Below the pieces are notes generated by a model, which saw only the letters and a list, made by a program, of their open reading frames with translations, did not search any database and was not told the DNA's origin. Made by a program: the position numbers and the translations under genes. Source: Gaiellales bacterium (lineage in GTDB: Bacteria > Actinomycetota > Thermoleophilia > Gaiellales > JALYLC01). From it: a stretch of 64,000 nucleotides of DNA. Below are positions 17,447 to 24,984 of this stretch, in pieces; the stretch's first letter is position 1; each line of letters starts with the position of its first letter. The stretch covers positions 259 through 64,258 of the forward strand of contig DASRQS010000136.1 of the NCBI GenBank assembly GCA_035696365.1, in the 5' to 3' direction.

Positions 17447-17865
17447 TGGACGGCCAGGTCGGTGAACAACACCTTGGTCACCGGCACGTCGGTCGATTTC
17501 TTAAGCGTCTTGAGGATCTTGGCCTGCAGGCCGTGGCGGGGACCCGAGCTGTTGAGCGTGCTCGAGTCGACCCCGGTCAGCAGGTCGGTGACGATCGCGC
17601 GGACGGCGTCGTTCTGGGGCAGGACGGGCGTGCCCGCAGGCGCGGCGGGGTCGGGAGCGGGCGCCTTGCTCACGAGCAGCGACACGGAGATGCGCGCAAA
17701 GCGGCCGTTGGCGAGATCCAGCGTGAACGGCTCTCCCACGCTGACGAGCGAGCCCTGGATCTTCTTCATGGCGTGGCCCGGCTTGGAGGTCAGGAAGTTC
17801 GTGTACCCCTCGTAACCGACCAGCAGCAAGACGACGGGGAGGACGAACAGGAGTTTCTTCTTCAT
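17443..17865 (-). CDS. fliL: Flagellar basal-body-associated protein FliL
   Basis: 140 aa. N-terminal TM (MKKKLLFVLPVVLLLVG), then FTLDLANGRFARISVSLLV...IVTDLLTG, a FliL-like pattern. It sits between motB and fliN. Confidence 0.7.
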   Translation of the reverse strand: MKKKLLFVLPVVLLLVGYEGYTNFLTSKPGHAMKKIQGSLVSVGEPFTLDLANGRFARISVSLLVSKAPAPDPAAPAGTPVLPQNDAVRAIVTDLLTGVDSSTLNSSGPRHGLQAKILKTLKKSTDVPVTKVLFTDLAVQ

Positions 17866-17885
17866 GGCCGGGCTCTCTCTTCGGA

Positions 17886-18698
17886 TCAGTTGAAGGTGCG
17901 GCGGAGGAGGACGACGCTGACGCGCCGGTTGCGGCTGCGACCGGTCGCGCTCGCGTTCGACGCTATCGGGTGCTGGTCGCCGTAGCCGGCGGTCGAGAGG
18001 CGGCGGGCGGCGACGCCATGGCCGAGCATGAACTCGAGCACCGCGTTGGCGCGCGCCGAGGACAGCTCCCAGTTCGAGCGGAACTGCGACGACGAGACCG
18101 GGATGTTGTCGGTGTAGCCCTCGATGCGCACGGGGTTGACGATCCCGGTGCGCGTGATCAGGTGCGCCAGCTCGCCGAGCAGCGTCGCCGGGTGCTTGAG
18201 CGCCGCCTGCCCGGAGTCGAACAGCACCGCGTCGGTGAGCACGTGGATCACGAGGCCCCGCTCGTCGATCGTCGTCTTCAGTCGCGCGGACAGGCCGTGC
18301 TGCCGGGCATAGCGATCGACCTGCCGCTGGATGCGGCGCAGGTTGTCGTTGTCCTGCCGCCTCGCCGCGGCCTGCACCGAGGCCTTGATCGAGGTCATCT
18401 TGAAGGCCGGCTGCGAGCTCTGCAGGGGCGGCGTGATGGGCGCGCCCGAGTCGGAGAGCACCGCGCGCCCGCCGGTGAGCACAGCTGCGGGGGCCGGCAG
18501 CACCTTGCCCGAGAAGGCCGAATGCAACGAGACCTTGAGCTGGTCGAACTTGGAGATGTTGACCGACGAGATCGCCCATAACACGAGGAAGAGCGACATC
18601 AGCAGCGTGATCATGTCGCTGTAGGTCAGCAGCCAGCGCTCGTCGACGTGCTCCTCGGGAACCTGGCGCCGCCGGCGATCGTGGGTGCCGGTGCTCAT
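17886..18698 (-). CDS. motB: Flagellar stator protein MotB
   Basis: TM segment with the conserved Asp (WLLTYSDMITLLMSLF) and an OmpA-like C-terminus (RIEGYTDNIPV...NWELSSARANAV). ATGA overlap with motA. Confidence 0.92.
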   Translation of the reverse strand: MSTGTHDRRRRQVPEEHVDERWLLTYSDMITLLMSLFLVLWAISSVNISKFDQLKVSLHSAFSGKVLPAPAAVLTGGRAVLSDSGAPITPPLQSSQPAFKMTSIKASVQAAARRQDNDNLRRIQRQVDRYARQHGLSARLKTTIDERGLVIHVLTDAVLFDSGQAALKHPATLLGELAHLITRTGIVNPVRIEGYTDNIPVSSSQFRSNWELSSARANAVLEFMLGHGVAARRLSTAGYGDQHPIASNASATGRSRNRRVSVVLLRRTFN

Positions 18699-19534
18699 GC
18701 CGCCTCGGCCATCTCGTACTCCGCCGCCGGTGCCGCGGGGGTGGCCGGGGCCGCCGGAGCCGAGGCCGTCTCCGGCTGGCTGCCGCGCGCTGCAGGCTCG
18801 ATGAAGGTCTCGAGCTTCTCGCGCAACATGCGCGGGTTGTCGCCCGCCTGGATCGAGAGCACCGCCTCGAGCAGCATCTCGCGGTAGAGCAGCTCGACCG
18901 CCGAGAGCTCCTTGAGCTTGTTGGCGACGGGCAGGAAGATCAGGTTGGCGCTGCCGACGCCGTACAGCGTCGCCAGGAAGGCGCCGGCGATCGAGTGACC
19001 GAGGGTGCCCGGGCTCGAGAGGTTCTCGAGCACGTGCACGAGGCTGAGCACGGTGCCGAGGATGCCGAGCGTCGGCGCGAACCCGCCGGCGGTGGCGAAG
19101 AGATGGCCGCCGGCCCGATGGCGAGCGCTCATCCCGTCGATCTCGGACTGCAGGATGTTCCGGACGAGATCGGAGTCGGTGCCGTCGACGACCAGCTGGA
19201 TGCCGGTGCGCGTGAACGCGTCGTCGATCCCGGCCAGGTCGTTCTCGAGCGCGAGCAGGCCGTCGCGGCGGGCCTTCTCGGCCAGCCCGACCATCTGCGT
19301 GATGGCTGCGGTGGGATCGACCTCGGAGCCGCCGAACGACCGCTTGTAGAGCTTCGGGATGTTCTTGATCCCGTCGACCGTGGTCGAGGCGAACGTCGCC
19401 ATGCCGGTGCCGCCGACGACGATCAGCAGGGCGGGGAGGTTGAGCAGCGAGGCGGGGCTGCCGCCCTCCATGATCACAGCGAGGATCAGGCACGCCACAG
19501 CACCGAAGACCCCGATCGCGGTATTCGCCTTCAC
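18695..19534 (-). CDS. motA: Flagellar stator protein MotA
   Basis: MotA/TolQ/ExbB channel pattern (FAPTLGILGTVLSLVHVL, GAFLATLYGVGSANLIFLPVANKL). Confidence 0.92.
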   Translation of the reverse strand: MKANTAIGVFGAVACLILAVIMEGGSPASLLNLPALLIVVGGTGMATFASTTVDGIKNIPKLYKRSFGGSEVDPTAAITQMVGLAEKARRDGLLALENDLAGIDDAFTRTGIQLVVDGTDSDLVRNILQSEIDGMSARHRAGGHLFATAGGFAPTLGILGTVLSLVHVLENLSSPGTLGHSIAGAFLATLYGVGSANLIFLPVANKLKELSAVELLYREMLLEAVLSIQAGDNPRMLREKLETFIEPAARGSQPETASAPAAPATPAAPAAEYEMAEAA

Positions 19535-19633
19535 GTCGCTCCAGTCCGTTGGAGATCACACATGGCCGTCCGTGGCCACGTTCAGGTAATCGCCCGATGG
19601 CGATCCGTCTTTAGCGCTCCTGAACCCGAGGGC

Positions 19634-19915
19634 TCAGGAATCGTGCGCGGCCGGATCCCTGTACCCGCTCAGGTGCACGACCTGGCCGAGATCTTCGGGA
19701 ACCGCGCCATTGGAGTGCTCGAGCGCCTGCGCGATGATGCCCGCCCGCCAGTCGCGGATCATCGTCAGCACCTCGAGCGGCGTCTCGCTCACGACGAACC
19801 TCGACGAGTTCGTGAGCGCGACGACGGTGTCGGGCGTCGCCTCGATCGTCTGGATCAGGTCCGGGTTGAGGTACAGCGGGAGACCGGGATGGGTGAGTCG
19901 ATGCAGTGGGATCAT
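19634..19915 (-). CDS. flbD: Flagellar protein FlbD
   Basis: MIPLHRLTHPGLPLYLNPDLIQTIEATPDTVVALTNSSRFVVSETPLEV matches the FlbD family. It lies upstream of motA, as in Firmicutes and spirochetes. Confidence 0.85.
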   Translation of the reverse strand: MIPLHRLTHPGLPLYLNPDLIQTIEATPDTVVALTNSSRFVVSETPLEVLTMIRDWRAGIIAQALEHSNGAVPEDLGQVVHLSGYRDPAAHDS

Positions 19916-19930
19916 GCTGTGGGCCGAGTC

Positions 19931-19963
19931 GATGGCGGCGGGCCGAGGGTGCCCGCCGCCATC
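19931..19963 (-). other. Perfect 13-bp stem / 7-nt loop hairpin between flgE and flbD
   Basis: gatggcggcgggc-cgagggt-gcccgccgccatc read directly from the DNA. No U-tract follows on the coding strand. Confidence 0.5.
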
Positions 19964-19966
19964 GGG

Positions 19967-19993
19967 TTATCGGCTAGCCGCGGCCGATATTGA
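19967..19993 (-). promoter_or_regulatory. Candidate sigma-28-type promoter (TCAA-N15-GCCGATAA) upstream of flbD-motAB
   Basis: On the minus strand, TCAA (19993-19990), a 15-nt spacer, then GCCGATAA (19974-19967). It overlaps the flgE stop codon. Confidence 0.35.
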
Positions 19994-20837
19994 CCAGGTT
20001 CTGGAGGAGCTGGTCGGCGGTCGAGATGATCCGGCTGTTGGCCTCGTAGCCGCGCTGGGCGGAGATCATGCGCGTGAACTCCTGCGCGAGGTCGACGTTC
20101 GACATCTCGACCGCGCCCGTCGCAAGCGTGCCCATGCCGGTCGTCGCGTCACCGGGGACCGCGGACACGGCCGCGCCCGAGTTGTTGGAGGCCTGGAACA
20201 GGTTCCCCGAGATGCGCTCGACGCCCGACGGGTTCGGGAACTTGGCCATGCTGATCGTGCCGAGGGTCGTGAGGACGCCGGCCGGGTCGACGTAGGTGAC
20301 CGTGCCGTCGGACTGGATCGAGAGCGACTTGCCGCCGGTCGGGACCGTCAGCTTGGTCTGGTTCGCGGGATTGGCGTAGCCGGCCGGGGTGGCGGGGGTC
20401 GTCGGCAGGTAGCCGATCACGAACTGGCCGTCCTGCGTGACGAGGTTGCCGCCGGCGTCGAGCGTGAAGTTCCCGGCGCGCGTGTAGGAGACGGCGCCCG
20501 TGCCGGCGATCGCCGCGGCGTCGCCGACGCGGAAGAAGCCGTCGCCCTGGATCGCGAGGTCGAGCGGGCTGCCCGTCTGCTGGATCGCGCCGGCATCCAT
20601 GTGGTTCGAGATCGCGCCGAGCTGGACGCCCAGGCCGACCTGGATGGCGTTCGTGCCGCCCATGGCGCCCGACCCGCCGCTGGCGCCGCGCTGTGTCTGG
20701 GAGAGCGCGTCCTTGAAGGTCGTCTGCTCGCTCTTGTAGCCGACCGTGTTGGTGTTGGCGATGTCGTTGGCGACGACGTCGAGCATCGTCTGGTGCACCT
20801 GCAGGCCGCTGATCGCGGCGAACATTCCTCGCATCAT
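19974..20837 (-). CDS. flgE: Flagellar hook protein FlgE (compact, about 287 aa)
   Basis: MMRGMFAAISGLQVHQTMLDVVANDIANTNTVGYK at the N-terminus and VDLAQEFTRMISAQRGYEANSRIISTADQLLQNLVNI at the C-terminus. The upstream part of track ORF 19974..21284 was rejected. Confidence 0.9.
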   Translation of the reverse strand: MMRGMFAAISGLQVHQTMLDVVANDIANTNTVGYKSEQTTFKDALSQTQRGASGGSGAMGGTNAIQVGLGVQLGAISNHMDAGAIQQTGSPLDLAIQGDGFFRVGDAAAIAGTGAVSYTRAGNFTLDAGGNLVTQDGQFVIGYLPTTPATPAGYANPANQTKLTVPTGGKSLSIQSDGTVTYVDPAGVLTTLGTISMAKFPNPSGVERISGNLFQASNNSGAAVSAVPGDATTGMGTLATGAVEMSNVDLAQEFTRMISAQRGYEANSRIISTADQLLQNLVNIGRG

Positions 20838-20904
20838 TTCGGGTTCTCTGCCTTTCCTTGCCGCGACTTCCCCGCAGGGTCCAGCCTTGGCGGTTGACGG
20901 ATTT

Positions 20905-21288
20905 TCAGGAGATGACTGCGCTGTCGATGTTCGTGAACACGTGCTCGCGCATGTGCTCGCGGTCGACCGCGGTGATGACGGTCCGGTTGGGGACGGAGAC
21001 GACGAACGCCGTCTGGTCGACGAGCACGACGGAGTCGCGCGACCCCTTCGCAGCGGCGCGCGAGACGCCCTCGCCGAGGCGCGCCATGACGGCCGCGTCG
21101 ACGCTGATGCCGCGGCGCTCGATGCGCTGCAGGGCGTGCCCGCTGAAGCGGATCGGAGCCGCGTCGAGCTTCTGGGCCAGGACGTCCCCGAAGGACGCGC
21201 CTCCCGGGCGTGCCGGCACGCCGGCAGCCGGCGCCGGAGGGCGCTGACCGGCCTTCGCGATCTGGTCGGCGGCGGTGCGCTCAATCAC
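20905..21288 (-). CDS. Flagellar operon protein of unknown function (TIGR02530-like, between flgD and flgE)
   Basis: FSGHALQRIERRGI ... VVLVDQTAFVVSVPNRTVITAV ... VFTNIDSAVI resembles, from memory, the family found between flgD and flgE in Firmicutes and spirochetes. Confidence 0.6.
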   Translation of the reverse strand: MIERTAADQIAKAGQRPPAPAAGVPARPGGASFGDVLAQKLDAAPIRFSGHALQRIERRGISVDAAVMARLGEGVSRAAAKGSRDSVVLVDQTAFVVSVPNRTVITAVDREHMREHVFTNIDSAVIS

Positions 21289-21694
21289 CGGAGCTCACCC
21301 CGAGCACGTCCTTCAGCGCGACGTTCCCCGCCGCCACCTGGAGGGTCACGCCCCCCTTCGCGGACGAGACCGAGCTGACGGTGCCGGAGGCCGGCGAGCC
21401 GTCCGGGGCCGCGTAGGTGATCTGCTTGCCGATCATCGCGATGCCCTGCGAGACGTCGTTCGAGTGGCTCATCGCGTTCATGGTCGTGCCGAGGCTCGTG
21501 ACGCCCTGGACGGTCGAGAACTGGGCCATCTCGCCCATGAACTGGGACGAGTCGGTCGGCTTCATCGGATCCTGGTACTTGAGCTGCGCGACGAGCAGCA
21601 GCAAGAAGTCGTTCTGCCCGAGCGTCGCGCTGGGATTGGTCGCCTCGACAGTCGGCGTCGCACCGTTCGAGGCGAGGGCGGAGATGGTTGTCAT
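21281..21694 (-). CDS. flgD: Hook capping/assembly protein FlgD
   Basis: LGQNDFLLLLVAQLKYQDPMKPTDSSQFMGEMAQFSTVQG is the FlgD signature. Confidence 0.9.
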   Translation of the reverse strand: MTTISALASNGATPTVEATNPSATLGQNDFLLLLVAQLKYQDPMKPTDSSQFMGEMAQFSTVQGVTSLGTTMNAMSHSNDVSQGIAMIGKQITYAAPDGSPASGTVSSVSSAKGGVTLQVAAGNVALKDVLGVSSGD

Positions 21695-21712
21695 CGGGTC
21701 GCTTTCCTTCCT

Positions 21713-22951
21713 CTATGCGAGGACGTCGATTTGGCTTCCGGCCTCGGGCAGCCGGACGCCCGCAGTGGTCACGGGGTCGTCCTCCTCGGCGCCCGGCTCC
21801 GCGGCGAGGCGCCGGCGGGCCGCCGCTTCCCGGTCGTCCTGCGCGGCCTGCCGACGGCTGCCGTCGGTCACGTCCAGGTTCAGCACCGGCAGGCCCTGCG
21901 CCTCGAGCGAGCGACGCAGCTCGTCGCTCGCGAGCATGAGCGTCTGTGCGGCCTGTGGGTTGTCTGCGCGGACGGTGGCCGAGATCCCGTCCGGGCCGGA
22001 GTGCAGGTGGATCTCGACTGCGCCGAGCTCCTGCGGGTGGAGCAGGATGCGGGCGCTGCCACCGCCCTGCCCGGCCGTGAAGCGGATCGCCACCTGCGTA
22101 GCGTGCGCCAGCTCGCTCAGCCGCACGGGCGCCGCGGACGGCGGCGGGGAAGGAGCGACAGGGCTCGTCGCCGGTGCCGTCTCGACCCGCGCTGCGGCCG
22201 GGGCCAGGGTCGTGGGCGCCGCGACGGTCTGGTCGTTGTCCGCCGGCTGCGGGGCCGTCGGTTGCGGCAACTGCCCGGCGCTGGCCGGTGCGCGCGGCGG
22301 CACCTGCGCAGCGTCTGCCTCGATGTCGGCCTGCGCAGTCGGAGCCGGGGCCGTCGGCAGCGGGGGAGCAGCCGCTGGCTTCGGAGCTGCGTGCGTTGCA
22401 TGCGGCGGGGCGGGATCCGCGCCGGAAGCCGCAGGCTGAGGTGTGGCGGGCGCGGCCGCTGGCTGCGGAGCGGCCGGGGCGGTCGGGTCCTGCACCGGTG
22501 CGGTCGCCGCTTCGCGAACGGTGGCGGCGATCGGCGTCTCGCCGGCGAGCGCGGCTGCAGGGCCGGGCGGCTGCTCGCCGGGGTCCGCGGCCGGGCCGGT
22601 CGACGGGGGGACGACCTGACCCGGCTGCGCCGCTCCGACGTCGGGTGCCTGCGGCTGAAGGGGGGCGGCAACCGCAGACGAGGCCGCGAGCGCCAGGGCG
22701 ACATCCGCCGGGGGGACGGCAGTCGTGGCTCCCTTTTCGTCCTCGTGGCCGGGAGAGTCGCTCTCGGCCTTGGCACCTTCCGCATCGGCGGTCCGGGTGT
22801 CTGATCTGGCGCCGCTCCCAGGCGGCCCGCCGGCTGCCGTGGCAAGCGCTTCGGCGAAGCTCTCGCCCGGCGGTGCACCGCCGGGCGGCGACGCCGGCTC
22901 CGGCGCGATCGCCCCCTCCGGTCCCGTCACCCTCGGCGACGGGGGGGTCAT
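21713..22951 (-). CDS. fliK: Hook-length control protein FliK (Pro/Ala-rich ruler plus Flg_hook domain)
   Basis: C-terminus ARILLHPQELGAVEIHLHSGPDGISATVRADNPQAAQTLMLASDELRRSLEAQGL after a long P/A-rich N-terminal region. The ATG at 22951 lies 9 nt after the SLT stop. The remainder of track ORF 21713..23842 was rejected. Confidence 0.8.
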   Translation of the reverse strand: MTPPSPRVTGPEGAIAPEPASPPGGAPPGESFAEALATAAGGPPGSGARSDTRTADAEGAKAESDSPGHEDEKGATTAVPPADVALALAASSAVAAPLQPQAPDVGAAQPGQVVPPSTGPAADPGEQPPGPAAALAGETPIAATVREAATAPVQDPTAPAAPQPAAAPATPQPAASGADPAPPHATHAAPKPAAAPPLPTAPAPTAQADIEADAAQVPPRAPASAGQLPQPTAPQPADNDQTVAAPTTLAPAAARVETAPATSPVAPSPPPSAAPVRLSELAHATQVAIRFTAGQGGGSARILLHPQELGAVEIHLHSGPDGISATVRADNPQAAQTLMLASDELRRSLEAQGLPVLNLDVTDGSRRQAAQDDREAAARRRLAAEPGAEEDDPVTTAGVRLPEAGSQIDVLA

Positions 22952-22959
22952 GAGCTCGG

Positions 22960-23547
22960 TCAAGGCGCGCTCCTCTCGCTCTTCAAGCGCTCGTAGTGGG
23001 CCAGCACCTTCTGGACGTAGTTCTGGGTCTCGGGGTAGGGCGGCACGCCGCCATACCGCTCGACCGCGCCCGCGCCGGCGTTGTAGGCGGCTAGTGCGCG
23101 CACCGGGTCGCCGCCGAAGCGGGCCAGGTCGTTGCGCAGGTAGCGGGCGCCCCCGTCGATCGACTGCATCGGGTCGTACGGATTGGTGACGCCGAGGCCG
23201 GCCGCGGTGCCCGGCATCAGCTGCATCAGGCCCTGCGCGCCGGCCGAGCTCGTCGCGTGCGGGTTGAAGCCCGACTCCTGCGAGATCACGGCCTGCAGCA
23301 GCAGCGGGTCGACGCCGTAGGTGGCCCCGGCCTTGTTGATCGCGTCGAGGTACGGCGCGGCAGCCGGGTCGCCCGCGGCGCCGGTCGTCGCTGCCGGAGT
23401 GGCCGGCGCTGGGGCGGTCGACGCCTGCGAGAGCGCGGTGGCGAAGGTCGTCGCAGGCGTCGCGGCCTGCACAGGCGCCGCCGGGGCAGCCGGCGGTGGC
23501 GAGGGGACGAGCGACTCGATGCGCGCCAGCACGCTCGCGAGGCTCAC
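22960..23547 (-). CDS. Lytic transglycosylase (SLT domain)
   Basis: [34 protein letters not shown] ... AYNAG. The GTG at 23547 overlaps the fliJ stop (GTGA). The N-terminal part of track ORF 22960..24189 was rejected. Confidence 0.85.
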   Translation of the reverse strand: MSLASVLARIESLVPSPPPAAPAAPVQAATPATTFATALSQASTAPAPATPAATTGAAGDPAAAPYLDAINKAGATYGVDPLLLQAVISQESGFNPHATSSAGAQGLMQLMPGTAAGLGVTNPYDPMQSIDGGARYLRNDLARFGGDPVRALAAYNAGAGAVERYGGVPPYPETQNYVQKVLAHYERLKSERSAP

Positions 23548-24005
23548 GCCACACCTCCCAGGTGCTGCTTGCGCATCGCCAGGGAGATCTCGTCGCCCGC
23601 GGCGCGCTCGGCGCGCCGGGCGAGATCGTCGTGGACCGAGCGCTGGCGGTCTTCGAGCCGATCCAGCGTCTCGCGATCGCGCGCGGCCGAGGCCAGCTGA
23701 CTCCGTCCGATCGCCACGTGTCCCGCCTGCGCCTCGGCGCGCATCCGCGCCTCGCCGAGCTCGCGCTCGCAGCGCTCGAGGTAGGCCTGCCGCACGGCGA
23801 GATCCCTCGCGCTCGAGATCCCGGGCGACGCCGCGCAGGCACCGGTGAGGACGGCCTCGGCGCTGTCGAGCTCCCCGCGGAGCTGCGCCGCGCGATCGAG
23901 CTCGTGGGCGAGCTGGCGCATGGCGACGAGCTCCGTGTGCTTGCGGAGCGTCCTGATGGACTCGAGTTTGAATGCGAAGCGGCGTCCGGTCATCGGCAGG
24001 GGCAC
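23544..24005 (-). CDS. fliJ: FliJ-like flagellar export chaperone (coiled coil)
   Basis: About 150-aa helical protein ([32 protein letters not shown]...) at the head of the fliK-flgD-flgE operon. The start is either GTG 24005 or ATG 23993. Confidence 0.6.
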   Translation of the reverse strand: MPLPMTGRRFAFKLESIRTLRKHTELVAMRQLAHELDRAAQLRGELDSAEAVLTGACAASPGISSARDLAVRQAYLERCERELGEARMRAEAQAGHVAIGRSQLASAARDRETLDRLEDRQRSVHDDLARRAERAAGDEISLAMRKQHLGGVA

Positions 24006-24021
24006 TCGTGTGCCCGGCTGG

Positions 24022-24048
24022 TAATCGGCAGCGCGGTTCCGCTATTGA
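24022..24048 (-). promoter_or_regulatory. Candidate sigma-28-type promoter (TCAA-N15-GCCGATTA) upstream of fliJ
   Basis: On the minus strand, TCAA (24048-24045), a 15-nt spacer, then GCCGATTA (24029-24022). It lies 17 nt upstream of GTG 24005. Confidence 0.3.
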
Positions 24049-24157
24049 GGCCGCCGCGCGGCCACGGCTCGGCCGGCCCGTTTGCGGCGGTCCGGGCGTG
24101 CGTGGACTCGCCGCCCGGGCGGCGCTATCGTGGGCGCGTCTACAGGAGGTGAGAGCC

Positions 24158-24982
24158 GTGTCGTCCGGCCCCTCGGATTCCGAGCTCAAGTCGCGCCATC
24201 GCGCGATGTGGGCCTCCGGTGACTACCCATCCATGGTCGAGACCTTCCTGCTGCCGCTCGGGCCGCGGCTCGTCGACGCCTGCGGGATCGGTCCCGCTAT
24301 GCGCGTTCTGGATGTCGCCGCCGGCACTGGCAACGCCTCGCTCCCGGCCGCGCAGCGCGGAGCAAGCGTGACCGCCAGCGACCTGACGCCGGAGCTGCTG
24401 GAGGCGGGTCGCCGGCGCGCGGACGCCGAGGGTCTCGCGCTCGAATGGGCCGAAGGTGACGCCGAGCAGCTGCCGTTCGAGAACGGGTCGTTCGACGTCG
24501 TGATGTCGTCGATCGGCGCGATGTTCGCGCCCCACCACCAGGACGTCGCGGACGAGCTCGACCGCGTGTGTCGCCCGGGCGGCACGATCGGGCTGCTCAG
24601 CTGGACGCCCGAGGGCATGATCGGCGCGCTCTTCCGCACCATGGGGCCGTTCGCGCCGGCGCCGCCGCCCGGCGCGCAGCCTGCTCCGCTGTGGGGCAGC
24701 GAGGAGCACGTGCGCGAGCTGCTCGGCGACCGGGTCGACTTCGGCACGCTCGATCGGGAGATGCTGGAGATCACCGCCTTCGAGCATCCGCACGACTACG
24801 GCGAGCATTTCAAGCAGCGCTACGGACCGACGATCGCCGCCCAGGCCAACGCGCGCCGCAACGAGCGCGAGGCCGAGTTCGAGCAGGCGCTCGACGCGTT
24901 CTGCGACGAATGGAACTGCGGAACGCCGGAGAGCGCGCGCTTCATGAAGGAGTACCTGCTCGCGGTCGGCACCCGGGTGTGA
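24158..24982 (+). CDS. Class I SAM-dependent methyltransferase (type 11)
   Basis: AGGAGG at 24144-24149, then GTG 24158. Motifs [26 protein letters not shown] and [10 protein letters not shown]. Confidence 0.85.
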   Translation: MSSGPSDSELKSRHRAMWASGDYPSMVETFLLPLGPRLVDACGIGPAMRVLDVAAGTGNASLPAAQRGASVTASDLTPELLEAGRRRADAEGLALEWAEGDAEQLPFENGSFDVVMSSIGAMFAPHHQDVADELDRVCRPGGTIGLLSWTPEGMIGALFRTMGPFAPAPPPGAQPAPLWGSEEHVRELLGDRVDFGTLDREMLEITAFEHPHDYGEHFKQRYGPTIAAQANARRNEREAEFEQALDAFCDEWNCGTPESARFMKEYLLAVGTRV

Positions 24983-24984
24983 CG

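Noticed and set aside
19982-19990. GCCGATAT on the plus strand, forming an imperfect inverted repeat with the minus-strand GCCGATAA.
   Set aside because: It would drive transcription antisense into flgE, and no -35 element was found. It more likely reflects the coding sequence NIGRG-stop.
21713-22951. Repetitive Pro/Ala-rich DNA in fliK and A/G/P-rich DNA in the TIR gene linker (27510-27900), considered as possible repeat arrays or CRISPR.
   Set aside because: These are low-complexity coding regions, not regularly spaced direct repeats with unique spacers. No CRISPR-like periodicity occurs anywhere in the window.
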